DNA from: the human T2T-CHM13v2.0 reference genome, Homo sapiens | Strand: one strand, 5' to 3' | DNA length: 64,000 bases | NCBI RefSeq assembly: GCF_009914755.1 | Contig: NC_060937.1 | In this document: positions 14,323 through 27,401 of the stretch, piece by piece | How positions within the stretch are numbered: position 1 is the first letter of the stretch | Layout of the letters: every line of letters begins with the position of its first letter | Position numbers and translations under genes: made by a program | The notes under the pieces: model-generated | Told to the model about the DNA's origin: nothing | Databases searched by the model: none | The model's input: the letters and a program-made list of their open reading frames with translations, nothing else

Positions 14323-14755
14323 CAAGATCTCTTTTAACATACACATGTCCATTTCTTCTTCCTGGAAATTATTTTAAGCCCTTAATCTTGGGTAATGTTG
14401 GATCCTTGAGAACTAGGGACGTTTAAAACTTTACTGTTTCTAGGTTAATAAAAAGTAAGCCAATAAAACCAATGACTATTGCCTTTTATTTTCAAATTAG
14501 TTTCTATGTCAGTGACCTACAAGTGACAGGAATGTCCTTTGATATGTGTGATAAAATCTAGTTTAAGAGAGAATTCTAATTCCGGAGATTGCAATCCCCA
14601 AGAGTGGCAGTTTTTGACTGAAATTGAATGAGCTAAAATTCTAAAAATCTTAGCTCTCCAAATTTTAGTCCATTGCTTCAGTTTTTTTTGAGAAATTGCT
14701 GCTTTATTTAGTGATATCATCAAAATCCACTCCACCCTTTATTTCTTTATGTCCT

Positions 14756-14936
14756 TGGTTCTCAAAACTTGAGTATGCTTCAGAATCACCTGGAAAAGTT
14801 GTTGAAACACAGAGTTCCAGGACTTACTTTGAGCTTCTGATTCACAGATCTGGGGTGGGCCACAGAACATGCATTTCTAACAAGTTCCCAGGTGACCCTG
14901 GTGCACTGGTCCAGGGCTGCACTTTGAGAAGATCTG
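14756..14936. mobile_element. MER5A (hAT-Charlie)
   Basis: tggttctcaaaacttgag...cagaatcacctgga...tgcatttctaacaagttcccaggtga...cactttgagaa. Confidence 0.88.
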
Positions 14937-15264
14937 TTCTACACAGATCTTGATAGGAAGAAGGCTATGTTGTAAAGGTTATCTAAGATGGGAAAGGGGA
15001 AATGGAGATATAAACATGTGGGACAAGGGAGGTAATTGAGAAAGTAGATCTTAAGGTGAGAGCTGTGAAGACTTAAAGCTGCCCATGGAGGGTCTGGGGA
15101 TCTGAGAGTCTAGCCAAGGTTTAAACACTCTGGCCCCATGAAAGTGAAGTTACGGGCCAGCTGGAGGTGGGCTCCTCCCCAAATTGCCTTTAGGTGCAGG
15201 TGTAATTAATGGGTCCCCTGAGGCTCATGCATCCAGCCTGCCTACCTGAAAGCACTAGGCCAGT

Positions 15265-15537
15265 GTGCATAGTCTTGGCTGCACTTTAGCATCACCTGGA
15301 GAGTCGTAAAAACTACCTGTGCCCAGGCCCACCCCAAAGCAATTAAATCAACTTCTGAGGCTGCAATGTGGGCAGTAGACGTTTTCAAAAGCCAATTTTT
15401 CTGAAGGTGGCTAGGTCCTTCCCTTAGAGATTCTGATTTAATTGGTCTGGGGAGTATTTTGAAAAATATCCACTACCTGTAGTTTTTGAAATCAACGTAG
15501 ATGATTCTAATGTGCACTTAGGATAGGGAAGAACTGC
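15265..15537. mobile_element. MER5B-like fragments
   Basis: cttggctgcactttagcatcacctggagag...cccaggccccacccc...aattaaatca; agagattctgatttaattggtctgggg...gatgattctaatgtgc. Confidence 0.65.
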
Positions 15538-15539
15538 AC

Positions 15540-15652
15540 GAGATAAACTCCTATGAGGCCAAGGATTTTGGTCTCTGCCATCTATAATTCTTAGTGTCTT
15601 ACACAGTGCAGTCCTGGTACAGAGTAGTCCTTCAATAAACTTATACTGAGTA
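15540..15652 (+). mobile_element. L2 3' terminus
   Basis: aaactcctatgaggccaagga...cctggtacagagtagtccttcaataaac. Confidence 0.55.
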
Positions 15653-15861
15653 TGTTAATTCATGATTGCTTTTGTGTGGTATCAGGCACTTATGAGGTTG
15701 GGATACTTGCGAAACAACTTAAGATGTGACTCTTCTTCTCTTTTTGTCAACAAAGGTGCTGGGGATATTTCCCTGTGTGACTGGCGCATGTCTTGGTGAG
15801 AGGCAAGACAATGAGATGCATTGGGAATATATGAAACTTAGAATTCTTTTTTCATTTAGAC

Positions 15862-16189
15862 CAGGGATGGGCAATCTGCAGCCTTCAGGCCAAATCTGGT
15901 TCCTCTTTATATAGCTTTTCAGCTCAGAATGGCTCAAAAGAAAGGTAATATTATGTGTAAAAGTCAAATTTCAGTGCGTATAGGTAAAGTTTTATTGGAG
16001 CACAGTCATGTCCATTTATTTTCATTCCGTGTCCATTTATTTTCATTCCGTGTCCATTCATTTTCATATTGTGTATGGCTACTTTGTGCTACAATGACAG
16101 AGTTGCGTACTGTGATGAAGACTGCATGGCCCACAGAGTCAAAAATATTTTCTATCTGGCTCTTTACAGCAAAAGTTTGCCAATCCCTG
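15862..16189. mobile_element. MER58B-like hAT-Charlie element
   Basis: Terminal inverted repeats cagggatgggcaa...ttgccaatccctg; degenerate 8-bp TSD atttagac / atttacaa. Confidence 0.88.
16009..16067. repeat. 21-bp tandem repeat (~2.8 copies) inside MER58
   Basis: tgtccatttattttcattccg x2 plus tgtccattcattttcat. Confidence 0.93.
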
Positions 16190-17029
16190 ATTTACAACTT
16201 GAGTCCTCCCCGTAAATATACTTGTTACAATTTAACATTGACCAGTTTGGCATCTGTAGATCTAAGATGCTTACTAGTACAGTTCTTCTCAAGCAGAAAA
16301 GGACAAGACTATTGCTATCTTAATCAGGTCCCAGGGGACTTGTTTGCAAGGCTTACTGTATCATCTATTTTTTTTTAATTGAGGAACATTAAAATCTGTG
16401 GACCAAGGATAACATGTGGTCCACCGACCCGTGGTCCTTGGGGGATCTTGAGTTTATTAAGAACTGCTAAGATGTTTTTGAGTGCTGTGTTTTCACTTGG
16501 AACCACAACTACTCAGATTGTCATTGGGCTCTTGACAATAGCCTTTACTCTCATTCTCCCACCTACTCTTCCTCTGTCTCTTGTTCTACACATGGCCAGT
16601 GAGGGAAAAGTGATTGCATGAAGGCACCAGATGACATACTGTGGTTTATAAGAGTTGGATGGATAATTTTCAGGGCATCTTTCCAAAAACCTCAAAAAAC
16701 TGGAGAATTCAGGCCTTTTGTCTACAGAGCAGTTTGAACCCACAAGCCACTACATTGAATCAATCTCAATTTCTGAGATGATTTTAGACATTTGAGAACT
16801 GCCTCTGGTCTCTTCTCTCATCTCCTCCAACACTGCTTCGGGATATTTCAGCTACTCATAATTAGTTTCTCTGCCTTCATTCCCATCTCCTTATAGATGA
16901 TCCTTCATATTGTCTTTAGAATTTCTTCCATAAAAGTAAATTCCAGCAGCTACCTAAACATTTTTGTGTCAGGGCGCACTGAAATAAATGGAATAGGCTG
17001 CTGATGGTTTCAGGTTGGAGAGGAGAAGC

Positions 17030-17568
17030 CACATCTAGACACACAGATGTGTCTAGACCACCGAGAAGCTCTGGCTTGGGACTTACCAGTGACCCAGACA
17101 GCTTTAATATTCCTCTCAGCTTGATTAAACATTAGACATTTAGGCCCCTGAACTTACTTTCCTTAGAATATGTATTTTAGAAAACTTACAATTGCAAATT
17201 CTTCCTTTGCCAATTTGAAATGTAAATCTTCTAAAACCGAGGAATGTCTTTTTCAAGAACCTAGAGCCATCACTTTGAAATGTAATTACCCAGAAAGAAA
17301 AGGTCCCTATCTGCCAGTCTATATGGGAGGGCACCAATTAGCAAACACAAATGGCCTAATCACATTGACCAGCCTCCCTCAATGTCCTCCAGTACTTTTC
17401 CACTGGCTCATTCCAGTGCTTAAAAACTCTCTCACCTTTTGCTTCCATGCAGTTGAGTTCAATCTCTCTTTTCTATTGTATTATAATAGTCTTGACTCCT
17501 ATTGCAATAATCTTGAATGAAGGCTTCCTTAGCTGTTTAACTTATCCTGTACAATTTTTCTTTGAACA
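17030..17568 (+). mobile_element. ERV1 solo LTR, MER67-like
   Basis: cctctcagcttgattaaac...aattagcaaacacaaatggcctaatcacattgacc...gttgagttcaatctctct...aatttttctttgaaca; 5' boundary approximate. Confidence 0.8.
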
Positions 17569-17578
17569 TCTACCTTGA

Positions 17579-17977
17579 TGCTGCGGGTTCAGTTGTCTCC
17601 CAAAATGGTGTGTTGAAGTCCTAGAACTCCTGGTACCCGTGAAGGGGACTTTATTTGGAAATAGGGCTTTGTAAATATCATTAAGATGGGAATTAAGATG
17701 AGACCATACTGGGGCAGGGTGAGTCCTTAATCCAATATGACTTATATGTCTTTGTAAGAAGAGGAGAAGAGACACAGAGACAGACATCTGCAGCTTGGAA
17801 GCCAAGCAATGCCTGGGGCTCCCAGAAACCAAGAAATGATTTTTCTCAGAGCCTGACATGAACCAACATCGTGCTTTCAGCCTTCTGGCTTCCAGGAACG
17901 TGACAGAATACATTTTTGTTGTTTGAAGTCACCCAGCCCTGGGTGTTTTGTCATGGTGTCCCTGGGAAACTAACCCA
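17579..17977 (+). mobile_element. MaLR LTR (MLT1C/MLT1B-like)
   Basis: gttgaagtccta...ttatttggaaatagggctttg...ccttaatccaatatgact...cttctggcttccaggaac...ggaaactaaccca. Confidence 0.85.
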
Positions 17978-18084
17978 CTTGGGATACAGAGGCTTTCACT
18001 GGCCAGCCCTGACTCCCATGGCAGTTTCACCTTCTAGCACTTTCTGTCAGCACGTGGTACTCAAATCTTAATTTTCAACTGTGA

Positions 18085-18790
18085 CCTCTTTCACTTCCAT
18101 GCTCTTTTCCATCCGGATTTATCAGCCAGGAGCACCTCAGTCCTGTCCACCAGGCCTGCATAGTATAGTCCTATTTGTCCTTCTAGGCACATTGTAAATA
18201 TCACATCCTGTAGAGCCCTCTGCCAGCCTCCCAGGCAAAATGTGTTGGCCCGTCCTCTGGGCTCCTCTGTGATATGGTCACCTGTGTACACATTTCCCCT
18301 TGTATTAGGATGTACTGGTTGAGGTGACTCTCTTTCCCTAGATTCTGGAGGGTAGGGTGTATTTGTCCATTTTCATCTGCTATGAATAAATACCTGAAAC
18401 TGCTTAACTTATAAAAGAAAAGAGGTTTAATGGATTAACAGTACTACATGGCTGGGGAGGCCTCACAATCACGGTAAAAGGCAAAGGAGGAGCAAAGGCA
18501 TGTCTTACATAGGGGTAGGCAAGGGAGCCTGTGCAGGGGAACTTCCGTTTATAAAACCACCAGATCTCATGAGATTTACTCACTATCACGAGAACAGCAT
18601 GGGAAAAACCTGCCCCCATGATTCAATTACCTCCCACCGGGTATGTGGAGATTATGGGAGCTACAGTGCAAGATGAGACTTGGGTAGGGACACGGCCAAA
18701 CCATATCACAGGGTCTTGTCTAATTTGAATCGAGAAGAGTGGCCCTGCCTCCCCAGAGGGCACTCAGGTAACATTTGGTCAATGAACGAA
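18085..18790 (+). mobile_element. L2 3' region, interrupted by THE1 LTR
   Basis: L2-like sequence up to ctggagggtaggg resumes after the LTR as gtcttgtc...ggcactcaggtaacatttggtcaatgaacgaa. Confidence 0.5.
18358..18708 (-). mobile_element. THE1 (THE1B/C-like) solo LTR
   Basis: tgtatttgtccattttc...ggctggggaggcctcacaatc...cccccatgattcaattacctcccacc...gacacggccaaaccatatca; TSD taggg / caggg. Confidence 0.93.
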
Positions 18791-19153
18791 GCTGGAGGGG
18801 GCCATAGTTGTATTTTACTTTTCTCCACTTTCTAGTACAGAGAAGCTACAGTGCCTTTTTGATCACATCAGACTTACCTTGTCTGACAATGAGAAGAAGG
18901 GAGAGAAAGGGAGATGCCTTATTAGATATCGCTTCTTAAATGCACAATCAGCATCTCAACAACAAGAGTGTTAATCATTTAAGAAAAGCCCCAGAAACCG
19001 GCATAGAGTGATCAGTTATAAACTACCTCAATGTAAATGTCCTATGCCCTTCTACCTAGTTTGCAAAAGAATTAGAAGGTGATGTACAGGCTCTCAGCAT
19101 ATTTTGAGTTTTTATTAAAAAGCCTTAATTTGAGCAACAGCAAAAAAAATTAC

Positions 19154-19440
19154 GGCCGGGCGCGGTGGCTCACGTGTGTAATCCCAGCACTTTGTGAGGC
19201 CGAGGCGGGCAGATCACGAGGTCAGGAGATCAAGACCTCCTGGCGAACACGGTGAAACCCCGTCTCTACTAAAAATACAAAAAAAAAATTAGCCAGCCAT
19301 GATGGCGGGTGCCTGTAGTCCCAGCTACTCGGGAGGCTGAGGCAGGAGAATGGCATGAACCCGGGGGGGCGGAGCTTGCAGTGAGCAGAGATCCCGCCAC
19401 TGCACTCCAGCCTGGGGACAGAGCAAGATTCCGTCTCAAA

Positions 19441-19471
<31 letters not shown>

Positions 19472-19480
19472 ATATATAAA
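19154..19480 (+). mobile_element. AluY, full length with (TAAA)n tail
   Basis: ggccgggcgcggtggctcacg...gatcacgaggtcaggagatc...gagaatggcatgaacccggg...gcggagcttgcagtgagc. Confidence 0.96.
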
Positions 19481-19839
19481 TTAGACTTGTTTGTGTGTTT
19501 TGTTTGTTCTTTGCTTAATCAATGCCCAGAGAGCAGAAGACAAACTTCCTGAAAGACTTCTATGCTAGTGGTGTGTAGATTTCCAGCATTCCATGAGGCT
19601 GCATTTCCCCTTCTACTAATCCCAAAACCTACCCAATTTTTTCGTTTTCTCATCTGGGATTGAAGAGGAAGGAGCGAAATCATGAGTAAATGCTTTGTCT
19701 GGAAGACCACTGTTCAAGACCTCATAACGTTCTAGGTATTTGCTCAGGGTCTCGTTTTATTTCTCTGAACTCCCAGAGAAATCCAATGCCTCTGACAAGG
19801 GTGGATGCTTCAGAGGTCTTAGAATCCACACTGGACATT

Positions 19840-20310
19840 CTGGATCCTGTGCTTCCATGTTCCTTCCTGCTCACCTCCTGGGAATTACTTTCCCTTCTTT
19901 TGAGGAACTGCCTATTTCCCACTTTACAGGATCCTAACAGGTGCCTCATGTCACTGACACAAGGTGCATCCTCCCCTGCTCCCCACCGCAGGCCACTGAA
20001 GTGAGCACCTGGCCTTGCTTATATTCCCAGCCCCCAAACTCACATGACCACACCTAGAGCTTATCCAGGGCTTCCTCCCCATGCCTAAAGGAGACACTTG
20101 AGTCTAACCAGTGAGAAGAAGACCAATACACATGGAAAAACGACATCTTAAGGATGGTGGGAGAGCAATCAGATGATGTCAGTTGAATTTCTGCCATCCT
20201 TAAGCCTCAGACTTCTCAGCTGTGGCATGCGATGACTTCCCTTTCTGCTTTACTAAGTACCTCCTGGTTGGGTTGCAATCATGACCACTTGCAACCAAAG
20301 CATCTAGACT
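19840..20310 (+). mobile_element. Old ERVL/MaLR LTR (LTR16-like)
   Basis: 3' end ttccctttctgctttactaag...ggttgggttg...cacttgcaaccaaagcatc resembles the LTR16/MLT1 terminus. Confidence 0.5.
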
Positions 20311-21252
20311 TTGATGGGGTCACAGGGAGGGTTGTCCTCGGCTTGGTCTCCTATGTTCCATTGACACTTGAGAAAAAGCAGTCGCAGAGATCCCCTGAAA
20401 CATTTTTTTGTGTGTGTGGTGGTTCTTACTGATGACATCCTGAGGTTTCATTTTGGATTTTCTTCCTACAGGGTGACATGCACAAATAAATCATGTCTGT
20501 ATTTCCTTTTATTTATATCTTAATATGACCTCAGTCATGTGATTAGATAATTTGAAATTTAATAGAACTTTCCTGTGTGAATCAGCTAAGATATATCACA
20601 GTGAAATCTGAGAGCCTGGAGAAGGACAGGGAGGGGGCGCTTCACACACTCTACTGAGTCAGCACATAATAGCAATTCTCTATGTCCTCATAATAGATAC
20701 TTGAGAATAATTACTGACAGCCTGTGGAGAATTCATCAACCTCAGGTACCAAATAATAAGTTATACTATCATGGTAACTGTTTGAATTAAGTTAGAAATT
20801 CAAAGAATACTGATGATGTCTCATTACTTTTCCCCCCAGAAAAGCCAATCTGCATAATTGATGCCATAGGTGGAAAAACATTTTTTTATTATTACATTCT
20901 AAATCAAATAGCTTTTAATAGATGAGAGGTGCAGGATCATCGGAAACCAATGGTGGCCACGTGGGATAGCAGTCCATAATTTTTCAGCACATTAAAAAAA
21001 AATAAGTGTTTATTTTCTAAACCTCAGCATGCCATGTTCCAAAGAGAAATCTCAATTGACTGAAAGAGATGGACTGGGGAAGTTCTCTGTAGAGAAAGAG
21101 AGACTACTAATGAGTTAGTGCAGTGGACTCAGGCAGGCTGCCCAAAGAGAGGCCGAGCCCCTGAGCAGGGAGGCCTGGCCGCCGAGAATTGGACTTTTTC
21201 CTTTGTGTAGGTTGAATATGTCTCTGGAATTCATGGGGCAGAAACATTTTCC

Positions 21253-21481
<229 letters not shown>

Positions 21482-21829
21482 TAGGGCCATTTTTGTGACT
21501 ACTTATTAAGTAAAAGGCTTTCTGCCTGGTGATAGGGTTCGGCTTTTCCCAACAGACTCGTTAAAGTAAATACTATTCTTGATGTTAACATTCCTTATCA
21601 CAAATGCCAAAAGTGAAAAGTGCATATGTATATATATACACACATACACACACACGTGTATATATTTATTCTTTGACAAGTAGATGACTTATAGATGAAA
21701 TCAGTCTTGTTTTCTTCCATAGAGAGCTTTGAAATGTTCTGCGAACTTCCGTATCCTTCTTGCCACTCAGATGTCACAGCTGGAGGTTGTTTGGCTTCTG
21801 AAGTGAGCCTGGACCCAGGGTTGGAGGTG

Positions 21830-22330
21830 TCCATTCTTGCTCCCTTGGCCACTCTGCAGGACACCTTCCATTTGTGTTTTTCCACCCTGCTCCTCTTGGC
21901 TTTGGTTGGGGGAGTCTGACTCGCATGAATCCTATCCACGGCATCCTCATCTCTCCCTGTCTTGCTTCTGGTTTGATTTGGCCAATGTGGAGCCCCAGGG
22001 AGAGATCAGAGAGGGAGAAGGGAGTATGGCAGGACTCCCTGCAGGGTAATGTTAAGCTGGCTGTGTTTGTTAAACAAAGGTCATGGGTCCACTTAAGACG
22101 GTCTTCTTTGTAAATCTCACCTTTCAGGATCTGCTCATTATTCTCTCCTCACATCCCTTCCGACCCTGGGGTGGGCACAGCTCCTCCCCTCCTACAGGCC
22201 CCAGGATTCGCACTCTCTGGTATGGTTTTCCAATACTCTGCCTTCATACTGATAAGAGCTCTCTCAGCCTTCCTTGATTATCCTGGTATGAGGGTATCCT
22301 TGGCTTCTGCTGGGATTCTGAAGGCTACTG
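21830..22330 (+). mobile_element. LTR33-family ERVL LTR
   Basis: ttccaccctgctc...gcttctggtttgatttggccaatg...cagggagagatcagagaggg...cccttccgaccctggggtgg...ttctgctgggattctga. Confidence 0.7.
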
Positions 22331-22390
22331 GTTTCAGTATCTCCTTTTTTTTTTTCAGTGAATTATTTATTCACATTTCTTCCCCTTCCA

Positions 22391-22590
22391 TTTTAAAATT
22401 TTATTTCCTTAATTCATATGTAACATATGTACACATTTTGGTGGGTGCATGTGATAATTTAATACATTCGTATAATTTGTAAAGATTGAATCAATGTAAT
22501 TAGGACATCTGTCACTTTAAATATATGTCTTTTCTTTGTGTCAGAAACATTCAAATTATTCTCTTCTAGCTGTTTTGAAATATACAATAG
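22391..22590 (-). mobile_element. L1MA-type LINE-1 3' end
   Basis: tgtacacattttggtgggtgcatgtgata...gaaacattcaaattattctcttctagctgttttgaaatatacaata. Confidence 0.85.
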
Positions 22591-23397
22591 GTTTTAGGAT
22601 CTCTAGAGTCCTGGTTTTGTTTGTTTCTTCCCTTGTCTCATTGTTTTATTCTGCTACCCTTCATTGGCTTTTTTCTCCTTGCCCATAGGATCATCAATGT
22701 TCTCCCCGAGTCTTAATTTAGTTCTTTCTTATTTTTCTGACTCTGCTTTTACTTTCTCTATTATGTCAGTTACTAGTGACATCTCAAGACTCTCATATTT
22801 ACAGATGTCCAGACGTTGGAGCTCCCCCGATGTAAGCCGTAAATACACTCCAGTGTTCCCATGATTGCCATCAATCCCCTTGTGCTCCTGGTTATGAGGC
22901 TTGCCTCCTGACTGACATCACTGCACGCATTTACAGGATTTTCTTTTCTACCCCCAACCCATCTCCCATCTTCCTGTTCTACCTTTTATTTCAATTCAGA
23001 ATATTGGATATCTTTTTTCCATTTCTTCTAATGCAAAAAAGTGACCTAGCAGCCCAGAGCATTTTCTAGGCTTACAAATTATACTACCTTTGAGGTTGGT
23101 GTTTACTAATTTTGACCCTCATGCATATCTATTATCATTGAACAAGCCCCACCCAAACTCTCAATTAAGCAATATTCATATAAAGAAAGCAGCCTCCGGG
23201 TAAGATGCAAAGTTGGTGGGGTTCAGTGGGAGGAATGGGGAGCCCATCCTGTAGCACATGTAAAAACCTCATTTGCCTGGAAATATTTCCTAATTGCTTC
23301 TGCTAGCAGTCCTGAAGCTTCCTCTGTAAGAATCAGGAATCACTAATGGTTTTAATTACAAAGCATGTGGCCCTGCCTTCTGATAGGCCACATTTCC

Positions 23398-23716
23398 ATT
23401 TATTTATTATTTATTTATTTATTTATTTATTTTGAGATGGTGTCTCACTCTGTCACCCAGGCTGGAGTGCAATGGCATAATCTCAGCTCACCGCAACCTC
23501 CGATTCCCAGGTTCAAGTGATTCTCCCTGCTTTAGCCTCCCGAGTAGCTGGAATTACAGGTGCTGCCCACCATGCTGGGCTAATTTTTGTATTTTTAGTA
23601 GAAACGGGGATTCGCCATATTGGCCAGGTTGGTCTCGAACTCCTGACCTCTGGTGATCTGCCCGCCTCCGCCTCCCAACGTGCTGGGATTACAGGTGTGA
23701 GCTACCACCCCCGCCC
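23398..23716 (-). mobile_element. AluS, full length with (TTTA)n tail
   Basis: tttgagatggtgtctcactctgtcacccaggctggagtgcaatgg...gctgggattacaggtgtgagctaccacccccgccc. Confidence 0.96.
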
Positions 23717-23731
23717 TCCTTTTATCTTTCA

Positions 23732-24028
<297 letters not shown>

Positions 24029-24412
24029 CTACAACCAGGACACAGGGCTGGAAGAAAATCCGCTCCTGCTTGTCACCTTGTTCTTGGTATAATAGTACAA
24101 GAAAAAAGCTCTGTAAGCTTAATCTCTTAAAAGCAAGAGAGATAACGATGTTGGTGTTTTGGTTGTTGTTTTTCCTTGCCTTTTACCTCTTCTTCCCCTA
24201 AACCATTTCTATCTCTAGGTTCTGTTCTGGAAGTTGTCAGCTTTATAAGATAATATTTCTCAAGCTCAGGGCTATGTTAGATAGATATTAAGCTTTGCAG
24301 ATCTTGATGTGCTGCTTCTGCAGGGTCTGTACCTTGAGCTGTTTGGAGCAGAGCCCTCTTCTATTCATATTCACATGACTAGTAGCTTGCATAGTACTTG
24401 ATGCATACGAAC

Positions 24413-24459
24413 TGTAAAAGAAAAATTGCACCAGGTCAGTTAAACAAGCAAGGAAGTCT
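24413..24459 (-). mobile_element. MER67-like LTR, 3' terminal piece (split by L1)
   Basis: Reverse complement agacttccttgcttgtttaactgacctggtgcaatttttcttttaca matches the end of the LTR at 17520-17568. Confidence 0.8.
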
Positions 24460-25122
24460 CTTTCTTTCCCAACTTTGAGTTCAGGGGTGCACAAGGAGGT
24501 TTGTTACATGAGTATATTGCATGTCACTGAAGTTTGTTGTAGAAATGACCTTGTCACCCAGGTAGTGAGCATAGTACCCAATGGGTAGTTTTTCAATCCT
24601 TGCCCCATTCCCACCCTCCACAACTAGACTCATTGTCTATTATTCCCATGTTTATGTCAATGGGTACTCAGTGTTTAACTCCTATTTATAAATGGGAACA
24701 TACAGTATTTGGTTTTCTGTTTCTGCATTGATTTGCTTAAGGTAATGGCCTCCTGTTCCATCCATGTTGCTGCAAAGGACATAATTTCATCATTTTTTAT
24801 GGCTGCATAGTTTTCCATGATGTATATGTGCCACCTTTTCCTTCTCTAGTCCACTGTTGATGGGCACCTGTATTGATTCCATGTCTTTGCTGAGTACACG
24901 TGTCTTTTTGGTAGGTTTCTTTTCCCTTGGGTATATACCCAGTAATGGGATTGATGGCTGAAATGGTAGTTCTTTCAGAAATCTCCAAACTGCTTCCACA
25001 GTGGCTGAACTAATTTACACTCCTACAGTGTTTAAGCATTCCCTTTTCTCCACAACCTTGCCAATATCTTCTATTTTTTGACGTTTTAATAATGACCATT
25101 CTGACTGGTGTGAGATGGTATC

Positions 25123-25496
25123 TGATACGGTTTGGCTGTGTCCTCATCCAAAATCTCATCTAGAATTGTAATCCCCATTATCTTCAGGTGTTAAGGGAGA
25201 GACCAGGTGGAGGTCATTGAATCATGGAAGCGGTCTCGCCCCTGCTGTTCTCGTGACAGTGAGTTATCGCGAGATCTGATGGTTTCGTAAGTGTTCGGTA
25301 GTTCCTCCTGCGTTCATTTTCCTTCCTCCCATCTTGTGAAGAAGGTGCTTTGCTTTCTCCTCACCTTGTGTCGTGATTGTAAGTTTCCTGAAGCCCTTCC
25401 TGCCATGCTGAACTGTGAGTCAATTTAACCTCTTTCCTTTATAAATTACCCAGTTTCGGGCAGTTCTTTATATCGGTGTGAAAACAGACTAATACG
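25123..25496 (+). mobile_element. THE1D-like solo LTR inserted in L1
   Basis: tgatacggtttggctgtgtcc...aaacagactaatacg; perfect 5-bp TSD gtatc at 25118-25122 and 25497-25501. Confidence 0.94.
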
Positions 25497-25610
25497 GTAT
25501 CTCATTGTGGTTTTGATTTGCATTTCTCTGATAATTAGTGATGAGCGTTTTTTCATGTATTTGTTGCCTCATGTATGTCTTCTTTTGGGGAGTTTCTGTT
25601 CATGTTTTTT

Positions 25611-25697
25611 ACCCGTTTTTAAAATGGGTTTTTTTTTTACCCATTTTTAAAACGGGCTTTTTTTTTAACCCATTTTTAAAATGGGCTTTTTTTTTTT
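25611..25697. repeat. ~29-bp palindromic unit triplicated within L1
   Basis: acccRtttttaaaaYgggY(T)n x3. Confidence 0.85.
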
Positions 25698-26195
25698 GCT
25701 TGTTAATTTGAGTTCCTTATAAATTCTGGATATTAGACCTTTTTTTGGATGTATAGTCGGTAAATATTTTCTCCCATTCTGTAGGTTGTTTACTTTGTTG
25801 ATAGTTTTTTGTTTGTTTCTGATGTGCAGAAGCCTTTGTTTAATTAGGTCCCATTGTCAATTTTTGTTTCTGTTGCAATTGTTTCTGGGGACTTAGTTGT
25901 AAATTGTTTGCCAAGGCTGATGTCCAGAATCGTATTTCCTATGTTTTCTTCTAGGAGTTTTATAATTTTAGGTCTTACATTTAATTAATCCACCTTGAGT
26001 TAATTTTTGAATATGTTGAAATGTAGAGGTCCGGTATCATTCTTCTGTATATGGCTAGCTAGCTATCCCAGTACCATTTATTGAATAGGTGGTCCTTTCC
26101 CCATTGCTTGTAATTGTTGACTCTGTTGAAGAGTAGATGGTTGTAGGTGTGTGACTTAATTTCTGGGTTCTCTATCCTGTTTTATTGATTTACGT

Positions 26196-26522
<327 letters not shown>

Positions 26523-26555
26523 TAAAAAACGGACTGTTTTGGTTACTGTAGCTAC

Positions 26556-27000
26556 AAGTCTGCAAGGATGATTTTATTCAAGACTATTGCGATAGGGAAG
26601 ATTGAAATAAATGCTAATAAAACAAAAGTGGGAGAGTTTTTATGCTCTGGGGGGAGGTAGTGGGAAAATACTGAAATCCTGGAAGATATTAGGAGGAGCT
26701 TGGTCAATGTGATTAGGCCATCTGTTTGCTAATTAGTGCTGATGGAAGTTAGGCTCCTACCCCTCCATAGAGACTTGCAGACAAGGATCCTATCTTTCTT
26801 GATGATGATGTTTAAAAGGGATGACTCATAGGTCCTAGAGAAAGACATTTTTGGGTTGTAGAAGATTCACATCTCAAAGAATTTACAACTGCAAGTTTTC
26901 TATAGTAAGTGTTCTAAGAGAGATCAGAAATCTCTAGTCAGGAAGAAGCCTCTCTAAAGCTTAGTCAAGATGAGGGGAATGCTGTGGAGGCCTTTTTGGT
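26556..27000 (-). mobile_element. MER67-like LTR, main body
   Basis: ttttattcaagactattgc...ggtcaatgtgattaggccatctgtttgctaatt...cttagtcaagatgagggg, the reverse complement of the 17.1-17.5 kb LTR. Confidence 0.82.
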
Positions 27001-27229
27001 CAGAACCCATTGATGATCTTCATGGTACTCTATTTTGGTGTTTGAATGGACATTTTATTACATAGGCAAGTAATGCTGATCTGAAAATTCTAGAAAATCT
27101 TGTGTGTGTATGTGGGGGTAGGGAGCATTGCAATTGTATTTAGATTGACTATTTCTAGGTATAATTTTAAAAAAATACTAGAGAGAACATGTTATTTATT
27201 TATTTTTTGCATTTTTTTCTAAGAAGAAA

Positions 27230-27325
27230 TGTGTGCTCTGTAAGATCAAGGACTATGCTTGTCCTCCCATCACCTGGCACAGTGTTTTGGAAATAGTTGA
27301 TGCTCAGTGAATATCTGTTGTTTGC
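27230..27325 (+). mobile_element. L2 3' terminus
   Basis: aaggactatgcttg...cacctggcacagtg...atagttgatgctcagtgaatatctgttg. Confidence 0.55.
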
Positions 27326-27401
27326 AGTTCAATGAGAAAATATGCGTTCCTTTCATAAGACCCATCAAACAAGTGCAGGTTGCTTCGAAATTTAATTGTC
27401 A

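Noticed and set aside
15929-16378. 149-aa ORF with an internal peptide repeat (VHLFSFR)
   Set aside because: It lies in MER58 and the peptide repeat comes from the 21-bp tandem duplication.
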